From Haliotis rufescens (Eukaryota), in NCBI RefSeq assembly GCF_023055435.1, contig NW_025963779.1, positions 21,328,001 through 21,392,000 of the forward strand: 64,000 nucleotides of DNA. The letters are read 5' to 3'. Numbering within the stretch: the stretch's first letter is position 1; each line of letters starts with the position of its first letter. The position numbers were made by a program, and so were the translations under genes. Shown here one piece after another: positions 33,245 through 46,500 of this stretch. The notes below the pieces were generated by a model. It searched no databases. It was not told where the DNA came from and worked only from the letters and a program-made list of their open reading frames with translations.

Positions 33245-34563
33245 GTCACTGGATTGACTGGTCCAGACTCGATTATTAACAGACCGCCGTCATATACATG
33301 TAGCTGGAATATTGCTGAGAGCGGCGTAAAACTTCAAACCCAACCAACCAAATAGTTACTAATAACATAACATTCTAGTTAAACATATGATATTACCACA
33401 GTGTCATTTGACACTGTGAGTGAAACACAATACAAACAAAGCGTTAGTTGAAAACATGTTTGTATTCCGATTAATGTTTTGATTGTGTATGGATTCGATT
33501 TTTTTGGTACGAGTCATCCAGATCATTAGATTCAAGTGGGTACAGGTTATTTAACATTTGGGTATTAGTCAACCAAAGAGGTTTTGGTATGGGTCTCTGT
33601 GGGTAGTGCTGTTTTATGCATTCGTTTGATCAGGTTGAAGATTTCCAGCAAAAGTGTTTTAAGCCTTTTTTTGGACAATCTCATTAACCTGGACCAATTT
33701 GCCACCAAAGCTTCTGAAGCGGCATCACCTTTACCAGCTAAGCACAAGATTTCTCTCCGTTATGAGTGTAATCTGATTGGATGACTGTTTTCAGTTGTCT
33801 TTAATATAATATTGAAAACAAAGTTAAGGTACCAAATTGATCTATAGTTTGGTAGGTAATGAATGAAGTGCATCGCCGATATTCTCTAAACTTTTTCATA
33901 CATGGTTTTGGCAATACACCCAAAAGAATATAGTTTTGTGTGTAAAAAAAGGTTGTCTATATTAACTATTGTGAATGCTGTGTCAAGGGTAGATGCACAA
34001 TTAAGTGAACAGCAACAATTTGGGCAAATGAATAAACTAAATACATGTAACTTATTACAGACCCTCTGATCTTGTATTTCCTAACTGGGTTGTCTTTCCT
34101 CAAACATATATGAATATTATTAACTATGTAATAAGAATAAAACTTATTAACAGCAGGGTTCGAAATCAACGTATGACCTTGTAAATTCAGAAATGAGATT
34201 TTCTAGTGTAGACAACTTGGAAGCAGATAATATTTGTGGACTAATGTGACTATAAATTAATTTCTAACCCTGTTAACATGAGAAATGTGATCATAGCAGT
34301 GATTACCTAAAGAATAATCAGCTCACATCTAAAGGAACTAAAACAAATGATCTCTTAAAGAGATATGGGCTATATTGATTGTGAATAGATTGCTACTGGT
34401 GTGTTTTGCATGTTTTGTTTGACCCCAGACAGAAATATATAATCTGAAGCCCATCCTTTCTCTGATCCCTTAAAGGTTGATGTCCGACAGTTTAATGTTT
34501 TGCAGTATTTCCTTCTTCGTAGACTATTATAAGAAGGCTCATTGTGAAAACCTGTCTTACAGA

Positions 34564-37500
34564 ATGGCCAATCCTCTGATGAATGAGTCTGTTTGGTTCC
34601 ACCAACAGAAATTTGAGCAGGCAGAAGCACACTATCAGCAAATACTAGCTGGTACCGCAACCCCCGGCCAGGTGAGCTACAACACCAGTCAGGAATTGTA
34701 GTTTCTTGAGACCATGTTCTCTTTTTCACAATGGTCAGTGGTCCCTTATCAATTGTTGACTCCTCATTTCAAATGTCCAGAGTCCTTTACTTCTATTGTG
34801 TCCAAGACCTCAGAATGCGTGTAGGCCTTAGGATTTTGTAGGACAACTAAAACCTTCACTAGAAATGCTGATGTCAATAATCTTGTTGTATGTGTTTGTG
34901 TTGAACTGTCTAATCTGATTAACCTGTTGACGAGCAGCTCACAACACAGGGCATGTTTTTTGTGAACGTGGAAAGCTGAGAACAATCTTTTTAGTCTCAA
35001 ATACATGATGCCTGGATGAGAATTGGCAGGACAGATGACCAGTGGAAATGTTCAGTGGTAATATTTGGCTTTCCTTTATCATTTCCATTCATCCGAAGAA
35101 ATCTGCCACCTGATTAAGTTTTTCTGTTGGCCAGTGTTTGGTGTGTAGATGTATTTATACTTGGCAGTTTGTCTGTGTTTTTGCAGTATTTATTAGCGTG
35201 ATGAAAAAATAATTGTTTTCCCAGTTATTCATAACTACAATAGACATGCCAACATTACGATATGCTGCAACCGACTCCAACAGGATCCAATGAAATGTTA
35301 CAAAGTTGGTAACAAACAGTAATCATGGTAATGCTTGAACTAGTTACGGATCTCTCTGAAAATAATAATGAAATTACGTTTTGACGAGTTTGGGTAAAAA
35401 TGCAATTTAAAATATGATTTATTTTTCTCAATACCATATAATACTGGCATTTAGTTATGTGTTAATGGTGATTACTGTTTTGTTAAAAACGTATCCTAGA
35501 TATTCCTAATTCCATCAATGCTGTGTTGACATCTCTGCTACAAAAGTAAACGTTAAGACATTATGCAGTATTCATGATACTTACACCAATGTTTCACTAC
35601 CCCATGTTAAGGTGTCTTCCCTTTCCACTCTCACCCTTTTAATTAGAGTAAGAAGTTTTAATGAATGGATAATTCAGGACGATATTTTGTAGTACCTGGA
35701 CCTTGTAGACTATTAGTACAGATGCTAGCAATTCTAGTGGAGTTTGTCATGGACTGTCATCCAGAATTGTTGTTTGCTTGGGTCGGTTGTCCTGCAAGGT
35801 TGTCCTAGATATAGTTTCCCATGTACGGAATCCCTTCGCTTTTCCAGTTTTGATGGAAAATATAAACTTTTGTTCTGGTACTTGAGAATAAGCTTTCCGT
35901 TCAGGTATATTTATCAGGGAACAGTCTCTTCCTCATTTGACCCGAAGGGCCATTTGGGCTTCTTGTGGCTCGTTGTGTTGACATTGTAGTTAACGCTTAC
36001 ATTGTGTGGACAGGCTGTATTATCTGTTCTCCATTTTGAGGAGGCTTGTATTTTTCAAGATGTCATATTTACTACACAGTACTACATGTTTTTATATGGG
36101 ATGCATATTAAGCTGAAGCATTTAGCATGTTTATTAGCCTTAATACTGACAACAGGTGAGACCAACGCACCTAAAAAGTTTGAATTCTAATAGCTCTCAG
36201 GACACCTTTAACGTAGACAGACTAACTTGGGCTAGAAGGCTAGTGCCAGATTGTGTCCCTGTTACAGAAACCATGATAATGAAGGCTGAAATGTTTTATG
36301 AATAATAGTGAATGTCACTAGGCCATTGTATACAATATTGCAAAAAACAACAAGATTCACATGGTTACCCTGTGTGTTGCTGTACCCTGACAGAGTGTAT
36401 CATTGCTTATGCAATCGACCACTGGGTTGTCTGTTGGTTATTCAAAGTTGCTGTGGTCTAACTGAAATATTGCTGACTGCGGTGTTTATTCATTTTCTCA
36501 AATTAAGGCATATGATGAAATGTGTGATGTGGAGAGAATTTTATCAATGATAGTACCGTATTCGATGCAATAAGCGCCCAGGGCGCTCTCAAAATTAGAA
36601 ATAGGGGCCTCTTATTAGAATATTATTTTGGTTAAAAAAAACAGAGTTGAAAGATAAATTTCGTGGTTTATGCTGACAGCCTGAAATGTTTATATATGAC
36701 GGATATATTTTTCCAGAATTTAATTGGCCATAATTAAGGGTGCATATAACACACGAGTGCGTATTTTACGCAAATAAATAAGTCTTTTGTACATCGATCA
36801 ATGGGAAGGGGTGCTAATTGGGATTGTTCACTAGCCAATATATTAGCAAATACCGCCGTGGGAGCTTGTTAGAGCGGGGTGCTTATTACGTCAAATATGG
36901 TATGTGGAGCAACAGGTGTTTGCATCCAATGCTTCTCCCTCAGCGTACGCTACAGTTTGGACCAGGTGAGCTACAGACCCCCCTGTTATTTTTTCGAAGA
37001 TCAGACAGTTTCCATGTGTTATTTTCTATCTGTATTTATGGCCAGCATTACTGCATATTGTTATTTGTTAGGTTGATCTTGGAACAAAAATCTGTGTTAC
37101 ACGATTTAATATGTTTCTATTTGTCTTATATTCTTTAAAGCGCACACGGTCTGTACAACAGGTAAACTGTCTTACCTCGTACCTCATACAGTTACCATGG
37201 TAACATGTAAAGCCAGTTAAAGACGAGAAGTGCATGCTTTCCCATCTGTAATGATAACTAAGATGAAAAGATAAATTGAGATGAGTTCGATAAATTTGTT
37301 TCGTCAGAATTAATGTTTTAAAAGAATGACAAATGGTAATGATGGTAAACAATTTAACCGTATTGTCACCAACAGTTGCATACATCATCTATGTCAGTTT
37401 CTTTTCTTATTTTTTTTCTCCTATGCTACGTTAATGATTTCATACAAATGTAACACGATGCTGTAATCACACCCATTTGACACATTGAAATACCTATTTA

Positions 37501-40500
37501 TTCAGTCTATATAATGCTTATGTTTTATAGGGCAAGCAAGGGGGAAGCTCTCTTGTAAATGAAATAGCTCAGGCCAGGCAAGAGATATCAAAACTTCTCA
37601 AGAATCCTGTGAGTAAATGCAGTCTGCCAAGACATGATGCCATATCCTTGGTCAGGGCCCTGTTTTGTTTCCCAACAAGCCCTAATGAAGGCTATTACAT
37701 CAGTTTTGTTAGCACTGTTATTCTCTAATGCCTGTTGCCTTTCGTAAAAATGCAGCTTTTAGATTAGTTTTAATTTCAGTCTGGCAATGGTTGGATGTTA
37801 ACTGTTGTATATGTGTGTCCCCCACACCCCTGGTTGGTTTGTTTCGGTTTATGAAATTGTGAAATCATTTTTACTTAACACCCATTCCCTCCCCCAGCAA
37901 ATTAACTGTTGTTTGTTTCTTGGTGGTTGAATATTTTTAGTACATTTTCACATCTTTTATTTCTTGATATTAAAATTTGATTTTAAATGTTTTTATTGAC
38001 CTATCTGAGGAAAATCTATAGAAGTCATGAAATGTAAAACCGATATTGGAAATCTCAGTTGATACTTTAGCTTCATGCATGTGTTATTCCAGTGATGTAG
38101 AAACCACAAATTGTTTATGTGAACCAGATTTTGAGCTGTCTTGGTATGCTAAGAATTCTGACATTCAATTCAATCTTTTTCTCGTCAGTTTGTTTCTTAC
38201 TTGTGTTGCTTGAGCTATGTCATTGAACTCAGTACACATGTACCTGGCTTGCATCGTCAATAAGAAGTGCATGTATTATGTACCAGCTTACAGCCCTAAT
38301 ACCTGCATATGTGTAGCAGCAGCAGCAGCAACAGCATGTCACTCATACTGCCAACGTCTTTGTCACAAATTATTCTGATACTAATGCTCTTTGAAATAGA
38401 AATCAGCTTGCATGTTTTTGTTAATCTAGTTTGTCATATAACTGTGCAGTATGTACCCAAATAAAAATCCTTGAGACACAACTTTTCACGAACACTTTTG
38501 CAATTTGCACGGCATAATCAGATTTACTTGTTTGCATGTTGATTGACAAGGTGGAGTGTTTTTGTCAACACCTATACACCATGCAGGTCTGAGGTAGCTC
38601 CTGTAGTCATGATCAGATTCACTTGTTTACTGCCATAGATGTCAACAGCCCAGGTGAACCAGTTTCTCCACGGGGGATTCTGAGAGTTGGCTCTGAATAA
38701 TCATGCATACTTGTCATCCTGGTTTCCTTGTTGTAGGGTAGCCCAGCAGTTAAAGTGTTCACTTGTCACACAAGCCCCTGGTTTGGTTCTCAGATGTGTA
38801 CAATATCTGAAGCCCATTTCTAATGATATTGCGTGAATATTGCTAAAAGCAGAGTAAAACCTACCTCTCTCAATCACCTTGCTCCAACATTGGTCTGCAT
38901 ATGATAAACTTGAGTTGTATTGTGGTATTATTTCTTGTTGCTATGGTTTCTGTGTGGTTTCCCCAATGTAACCAGCGAATAGCACTTATTCACATTCCCT
39001 TTTCCTTTATACAATATAACTCTACTTGTAGTACACACGGTCAATGTTAATGTCTGTTTGCTCTGCTTGCTGCAGATTGCTGTCACAATATTTACCATAT
39101 ATCTCATCAGGCTCTTAACATGTGACATGCTATAACATGTCTTACACGTTTAACCTGTTTTACAAAACAGATAATGTTTAAATAAAGAAATTTGTAATGA
39201 TAAATTTCATCAGTAATATAATAATATTAATTTGGAAAAAAAGATATTGATTACTGTGAAGTGATTATGTAATATTTATTGGGTTAAAGCTGACAAAAAC
39301 ATCACTGGGTATTTACCAGCCTGTTATTACCAGGCTCCAGCGGGATTCTGGCCTGTATATCTCCCCTACCTCATCCTTGTCTTAAGCTCCGACTAATGAG
39401 GATTAGGAGTCATGGTGTTGGGACTGCCTGGATCAGTGCTGTCAACCAATAGTCTGCCTAGCTGAGACTTACCTGTCCTACTGCTGACCAGCTATATAGA
39501 TTTGATCTGAGTGTGTTACATATGTAGGCAGTCAATAATATTAATCGGTTACAAATGTATTACACATTAGAATACTATTATAAAGATATATTATTTTCAA
39601 AGTCTTGTTCCATAACGGAACGATTGCGTTACATATTACAGATGAGTGTATTTATGTGTAATTATTCATAAATGATTTGGAAATTAAATCAGAATTATAT
39701 TTCCCTACAGTCGATTTATAGATGCTTTAAATCAGCACTTGATCAGTTAGTTACCCTAAGGTCAGTGAGGAATTTGACTTGTGACAAGGAGTCGGCTAAG
39801 ATGATCATGTCCATATCGTAGACGAAACTTCTATGTGTATCTGTTTACCTGCAACAGTTCACTTCTGTGAGTAAGAAAATACCTGTAGCATGTTTAAGGA
39901 AGAAATATATGTAACCTGCTGAGGGTTGCCTCTACCTGCAGGATGCCAGACTTAATGCTGAGGCTGGTGATGGAGTCTCACTGCATGATCACTTCTTTCA
40001 GATTGCAGGTGGAAGTGTGCCGCCCGGAAAAATGGACTCTCTAGAGCGTGAAAACAGGGAACTCAGGAAAGGTAGAACGCCATGCTGTCATACTGTTTAT
40101 ACTCCTGTCTGAAAGTTGAGTGATGTTGTGTCATGGCCAGCTTGTTTGACCTCCGGTGGCAGCATTGGCGTCTATAAACATCTCATTTGGAAACCACTGG
40201 ACCAATGAAGTTGAAACTTCACATGCCTCGGAAGATGACACCTAAATTTGTTCAAGAGGTTCTAATCCATCAGCCTTATTGAAAACCTATTTATGGTCAT
40301 TCCTTGGTCGGTATTGTTCAAACCCGTGAAGATTCCGGGGTAGAATAGGTCTTCAGCAACCCATGCTTGCTGTAAAAGGTGACTATGCTTGTCGTAAAAG
40401 GCGACTAACATGATCGGGTGGTCAGGCTCGCTGACTTGGTTGATGCATGTCATCGTTCCCAATTGCGTGGATCAATGCTCATGACATTAATCACTGGATT

Positions 40501-43500
40501 GTCTAGTCCAGACTTGATTATTTACAGACCGCCGTCATATAGCTTGAATATTGTTGAGTGCGGCGTGAAACAACAAACAAACAAACAAACAGTATTGTTC
40601 AAAATGTAATGAAATGTGGTGTATGTGTAGTTAGTAGTTGGCCTCAACATGTATGGTCTGTTTTTTGGTGGTAATAAAATTTTGACCTTTATTTTATCTT
40701 TTCACTTTGGAACATGCCCTTAAATTCTTTCAAAATGCTCTTCCATGCATTTCCTCAGAAACCACTTGACCATCACGAGATTTCACATGCTTGGTCAAAC
40801 CGATGATGACATAATTTGTTCAAGAGCTTCAAATCTGATTTTCGATCTGGCTGCCCTGGCAGTTATGATTAGATATATTGGAAAACGTTTTTATGGCTGT
40901 TGCTCAGCCATTTCTTCTTAGTATGTAATGCAATGCCCTTAAATTCTCACAGTGCATTTTTGGCTCTGTAAACATCTTATCGGAAATCACCAGACTGAGG
41001 AAGCTGACCTTTGGCATCTATATTTCTCCTAATGATATATTTTGTTCGAATTGTAATTTGTTATACTATTGGCCTCAGTATTTATGCAGACAAAATTTAA
41101 TAGTAAATCTGACATCTTTCATTAAGTGGCAGTCATTTTTAACATTTACAGCTGTTGATTACATATCCAGGTGAGCTTCAGTGTGATGGCACCCACTATT
41201 TTTAGAAATCTTGATTGATTCCTCTCATTAAGTTTTTATGTATACATTTCATACATATCAAAGGAATGTTAAGTCACTTAGTCAGTGTAGGAATACACTC
41301 TAACAAGGAACTGTCCTGGTGCTCTGCACAGATGGTAAATTTTCATTTGTATCAGTTCGACTAACCGCAGGTGATGGTATATACCATCAATTCCTTTTAC
41401 ATTCGATCATTGTTACACATTCTGCATCACTTAGTATTAACTAAACCTAACCTAAAATAATGTTCATGCACTCATACATCACTTTTTGACCTTACTGTCT
41501 GGATACCCCTGTGTTTGTTTGTTTGTTGTTTTACGCCGCACTCAACAATTTACTTGGATATGTAGTTTGTTTGTTGTTTAACGCCACACTCAACAATATT
41601 CCAACTATATGATGGCTGTCTGTAAATAATCAAGTCTGGACCAGTCAATCCAGTGATTGATGTCATGAGCATCGATCCACGCAATTGGGATCGATGACAT
41701 GCATTAACCAAGTCAGCGAGTCTGACCACCTGATTCCGTTAGTCGCCTGTTAAGGCAAGCATGGGTTGCTGAAGACCTATTCTTCATGGATCTCCACAGG
41801 TGGATTTCCCTGTGGTATCAGCAGCCTATGCGGCTCATAAGAGGTGACTGATTGGGTAGTCAGACTTGGTAACTTGGATGACTGCATGTCATCATCCCCT
41901 GACGGCTTGAACTGTCGCTCGTAATATCAATCGGGGTTGTCGTGTCTAGATTTGCTTGTTTACAACTGTCAACTCGATGGAATATTGCTGAGTGTAATAT
42001 TATTATTAGATATGTATATTGTTATGGAGAGTAGTGTTTAATGCTAGTTTCTCCTCCACTACCCCAGTTACTGATGAGCTGCGCGCGATGGTCCTGAAGC
42101 TGGAGAACCGAGTGTCGGCGCTGGAGAGAGGATCCGGCGTCCCAGCAGCATCAGCATCAGCACCTGCAGCAGCAACACCATCCAAGCCTGCTGACGACGA
42201 TGACGACGAGGATGATGATGATATGTTTGGAAGTGATGATGAGGAAGAGGTTTGTGGATGATACACACTATCCGTAGCCACAGAGTGGGATGAGGATGGA
42301 TATAGGAATGGGTGCTGTCAGTCCCTCTGCCCTGCCGTCACATTTTGTTGCTGGAGCAATACTCAAAGATCGTTCAATATTTCTTGATGAAACTATGCAC
42401 AGATATAAGTCTAATCATGAACTGGTGACTTGTACATTTTCCATTACAACAAATAGGACTTAGGTGTAAATGAGGGTAGGGATTGTTTCCAGAGTGTAAC
42501 TCAGCGAATGTTTAATATTTCTTGATCAAACTACACAAATATTAGTCTAGATATGATCTTGTGCAAGACAGCAGCCTGGTAGATAGTGCAAGATAGCAGC
42601 CTGGTAGATAGTGCAAGATAGCAGCCTGGTAGATAGTGCAAGATAGCAGCCTGGTAGAAAGTGCAAGATAGCAGCCTGGTAGATAGTCCAAGATAGCAGC
42701 CTGGTAGATAGTACAAGATAGCTGCCTGGTAGATAGTGCAAGACAGCAGCCTGGTAGATAGTGCAAGATAGCAGTCTGGTAGAGAGCAGCCTGGTAGATA
42801 GTGCTAGACAGCAGCCTGGTAGATAGTCCAAGATAGCAGCCTGGTAGAAAGTGCAAGATAGCAGCCTGGTAGATAGTGCAAGACAGCAGTGTGGTAGATA
42901 GTTTATTCATGTGTTGATGCCTATAGTGTGAGGAATATGGTAGCATGATGTGGTTCTTCAAGACGATGACTGTTTGTGTTGTGTGTCTTCAGGCAGCAGA
43001 GCTTGAGAGACTGAAGGCCGAGAGAGTGGCAGCCTACAAAGCAAAGAAAGCAAGCAGTAAGTTCACTGACATGTTTATAGTGATAGAAAAGGGAAGTAAG
43101 TTATAGGAAATGTAGCTTCTGATGTTATTTCAACACCTTGTTGCTTTTGCCTACCCTGCCAGGAAATGATGAGAGTGTTGTCACAGCCCACTGAGTTTCT
43201 ACCTCATGTATGACTCCGATGTCATGGAATACCAGGGATTTTGAACTATGCATTTTAACCATTAATTTTTTAGTAACTTTTGGTCCGTTGACATTCAGAA
43301 AAATATCAAACTTGAGCAACTAACGGTCTTCAGCATCCATTCGGTACCTCACATTCTATTTATTCTCTATATTTATGAAGCTGAATGCAGCTAATCGATC
43401 GTAGCTTGAAGACATGGCCACTGCATGGTTTGTCTTGATTACTGAATGTGGCATTATGCAACTATCTTATTGAAATCAGATCTTAGTTCTTGCTGTCGCT

Positions 43501-46500
43501 AAGCAAAGATCTGATGACCTCCCATTACGGGTATCGGCAGAACCTTTCATCCAACTTGTTGGAGTGACAGTCGGAATGTGTTTTCTAATCATGCAAATTT
43601 GATGCAACCTTGAAGGTTAACACGAGGTATTCTGAACGACAGTAACTGGTTGTATGACTGATTCCAACATAATCATTGTCTATCTCCCGCTTCAGGGCAG
43701 TGGTGTAGTCTGGTGGTTAAAGCGTTCGCTCGTCATGCTGAAGAGTGAGTGAGTGAGTTGGGTTTTTAACGCCGCCTTTAACAGTATTCCAGTTATATCG
43801 TGGCGTGTCAGCTTAATGTGGGAGGAAAGCCCGAGGTGATGCAGGTCTCAGACGTTTACCACTTCAGTGAAACCCACGAGCACGGGTATGGTGCTGACAA
43901 ACCTAGAAACCTAATCGGGGCGAACCAGGATTCAAACCCTCAATCATAGGTTTCTGGCGTGTCCAAGGGACGCAACTCTGCACAGTGAATCGCGGAGCCT
44001 TTTGATTCCCCACTTGGGTACAAAGTGTGAAGCCCATTTCTGGTGTTCCCCGCCGTGATATTGCTGGAATATTGCTAAAAGCGGCGTAAAACTATACCCA
44101 CCTACTCACTATCTCTCACTTCAATGTGATGAACATTCGAATGGAAGGTGGGAAGTACTGTCATACAATCTAGGCCGTCTATTAGTCATTCCAAAATGTT
44201 CTTTTGTTCAGTTTTCAAATTTTGAATTGAGAACTTTGTCAAAGCGTAGTCCAGAAGGGAAGTGGCCACCTTGAAACTAGCGCTGTATAGCTCAAGCTGC
44301 TTTCTGATTGGCTAATGTCGACTTCATGTTAGTCATTTCATTGGTAGGTCAAAGTTTGCGAAGGGTTGTTCTGATGTGACCTGTTATTGGATGTCCTCAG
44401 ATCTGTGTTTATCTGTAGTGAAAACAAAGATCTGATTTTTATAAGATTGCTTTAAACAATAATCAAACAATCCATCCTTAAATTTGTAGTATGCTAATAC
44501 AACGTATAGATGTAAATGCAAAGTGAAATATCAGTGAGAGATTAATGTGAGTGCTACTGTTATCACTGTGGACAGGCAGTCTGACCTTGTCAGACATTGA
44601 AGTTTTTATAGAGGACATTGGTGAAAACTAGGGCTGCAACGAATACACTATGAGGCGAATACAATTCATATCACGAATATAGGGTAACGAATACGAATAT
44701 TTATTCACAAATACAAAAACGAGTCAGCAGTTGATGTATAATTGATTATATTTAGTGAAAAATAACAACATAAATTATTTGACATGGTTGGATAATTTGT
44801 AATATATTATACATTTATATACTGCATTTATTCAGGTACTAGTATCTGCTCAAATACGATAATGACCGGTGACCACAATACTGTCATATTATATATATGA
44901 GTGTTGTCTTTAAAGAAATCTCTGCATATAATATGTTTTTATGGATATTTTTAGATACAGGGTATGTAGATGCACATGACTGCATGTTCGTAAATATTCG
45001 ATTCTAGTGACTACGAATAACGAAATCAATTCATGAATAGATACAGAGTGAATCGTAACAGCCCTAGTGAAAACCACCCACTTGTTCTTCCTGAACACTG
45101 TACTGCAGTCAAAACTTGTAATACATGTTACAATGGTTACAATTCACTGTAAGTAAGGCATGGATGACACGTCTCAGATGGTTCAATGGAAATGGTGTTG
45201 GTTGATGATGAGCGTGGTTGGGTAGTCTCATGGTAACAGTGTTCTATATGAGAAGGACCCGCAAAAGGTGACTATGCTTGTCGTAAGAGGTAACTAACAG
45301 GATTGGGTTGTCAGACTCGCTGACTCGGTTGATGCATGTCATCATATCCCAATTGCGTGTATCGATGCTCATGATGCCAATCACTGGAATGACAAACAAA
45401 CAAATAAATCTATATGTGAAGCCTTCTTCTGGTGTACCCCACCGTGNNNNNNNNNNNNNNNNNNNNNNNNNNNNNNNNNNNNNNNNNNNNNNNNNNNNNN
45501 NNNNNNNNNNNNNNNNNNNNNNNNNNNNNNNNNNNNNNNNNNNNNNNNNNNNNNNNNNNNNNNNNNNNNNNNNNNNNNNNNNNNNNNNNNNNNNNNNNNN
45601 NNNNNNNNNNNNNNNNNNNNNNNNNNNNNNNNNNNNNNNNNNTGCTAAATGTAGAGTAATGCTATATCCACATGTGGTGGTAGTGGGGTTGTCACACATG
45701 CCTACCCACATTGATGCCTATCTCAATACAATATGTATGCTGTACCTATTTTGTGTCGTTTTTGCATGGTCAAACAAGATGCCATTGCTATCAACCAGTA
45801 TGTGCTTAACTTGCATGACTGGTCCCAACTTTCCTGTTACAACCATGCAATCAGATTTAGCTTTTGTTTTAGTGTAGGTGTTGAGGTAACACTAGCCTAA
45901 GTTAGTAAGTAGTTATCAGGCCGGGTGATTGCAAACACTTGTAAAGGTTATTTTTTCAAAACTGAAACAGCCTAAAAACGTGAATCGATTCATGGGAAGA
46001 TGTATCATGTATCATGTATCATTTGGTGTTCAATTGTGATGGTTCAATAATCATCAGTTGTTAATAATGTGTGGTGACTGGTGAGTTACAGTTAGCTATG
46101 TCCTGTCCTAATATGTGTGTGATATAACAGAGCCAACATTGATTGCCAAGAGCAACATCATCCTGGAGGTGAAGCCGTGGGATGACGAGACAGACATGAA
46201 AGAGTTGGAGCAGAAGGTTCGCGAGGTGTCCACCGACGGCCTCAAGTGGGGCAGCTGTGAGTAGCCACCACCATTTGTGTACAGCCATTATGGGGCAAGG
46301 GATTTTCAAGTATTTACCAGTATTATCTTTTCCATGAAGTTGATAAACATTATACAGTTTGTATGTTATAAATCAAAACTGGGCTGGGGGGTAGCCTAGT
46401 GGTGAAAGTGTTCATTCATCATGCCAAAGACACGGGTTCGATTCCCTTCATGGGTACAATGTGTGAAGCTGCAAGTTGCATAAAACCAAAATCACTCACT

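Noticed and set aside
35757-35925. H/ACA-like layout in EEF1D intron 2 (ATATAA...ACA)
   Set aside because: No proper pseudouridylation pocket or target could be found. Such boxes are frequent by chance in AT-rich DNA.
37191-37204. Perfect X-box palindrome GTTACCATGGTAAC in an EEF1D intron (similar at ~62038-62060)
   Set aside because: It is far from any ciliary-gene start and cannot be assigned a target from sequence alone.
42531-42961. Repetitive ORFs ([24 protein letters not shown])n
   Set aside because: They are translations of a 25-bp minisatellite. The unit is not a multiple of 3 and lies antisense in an EEF1D intron.
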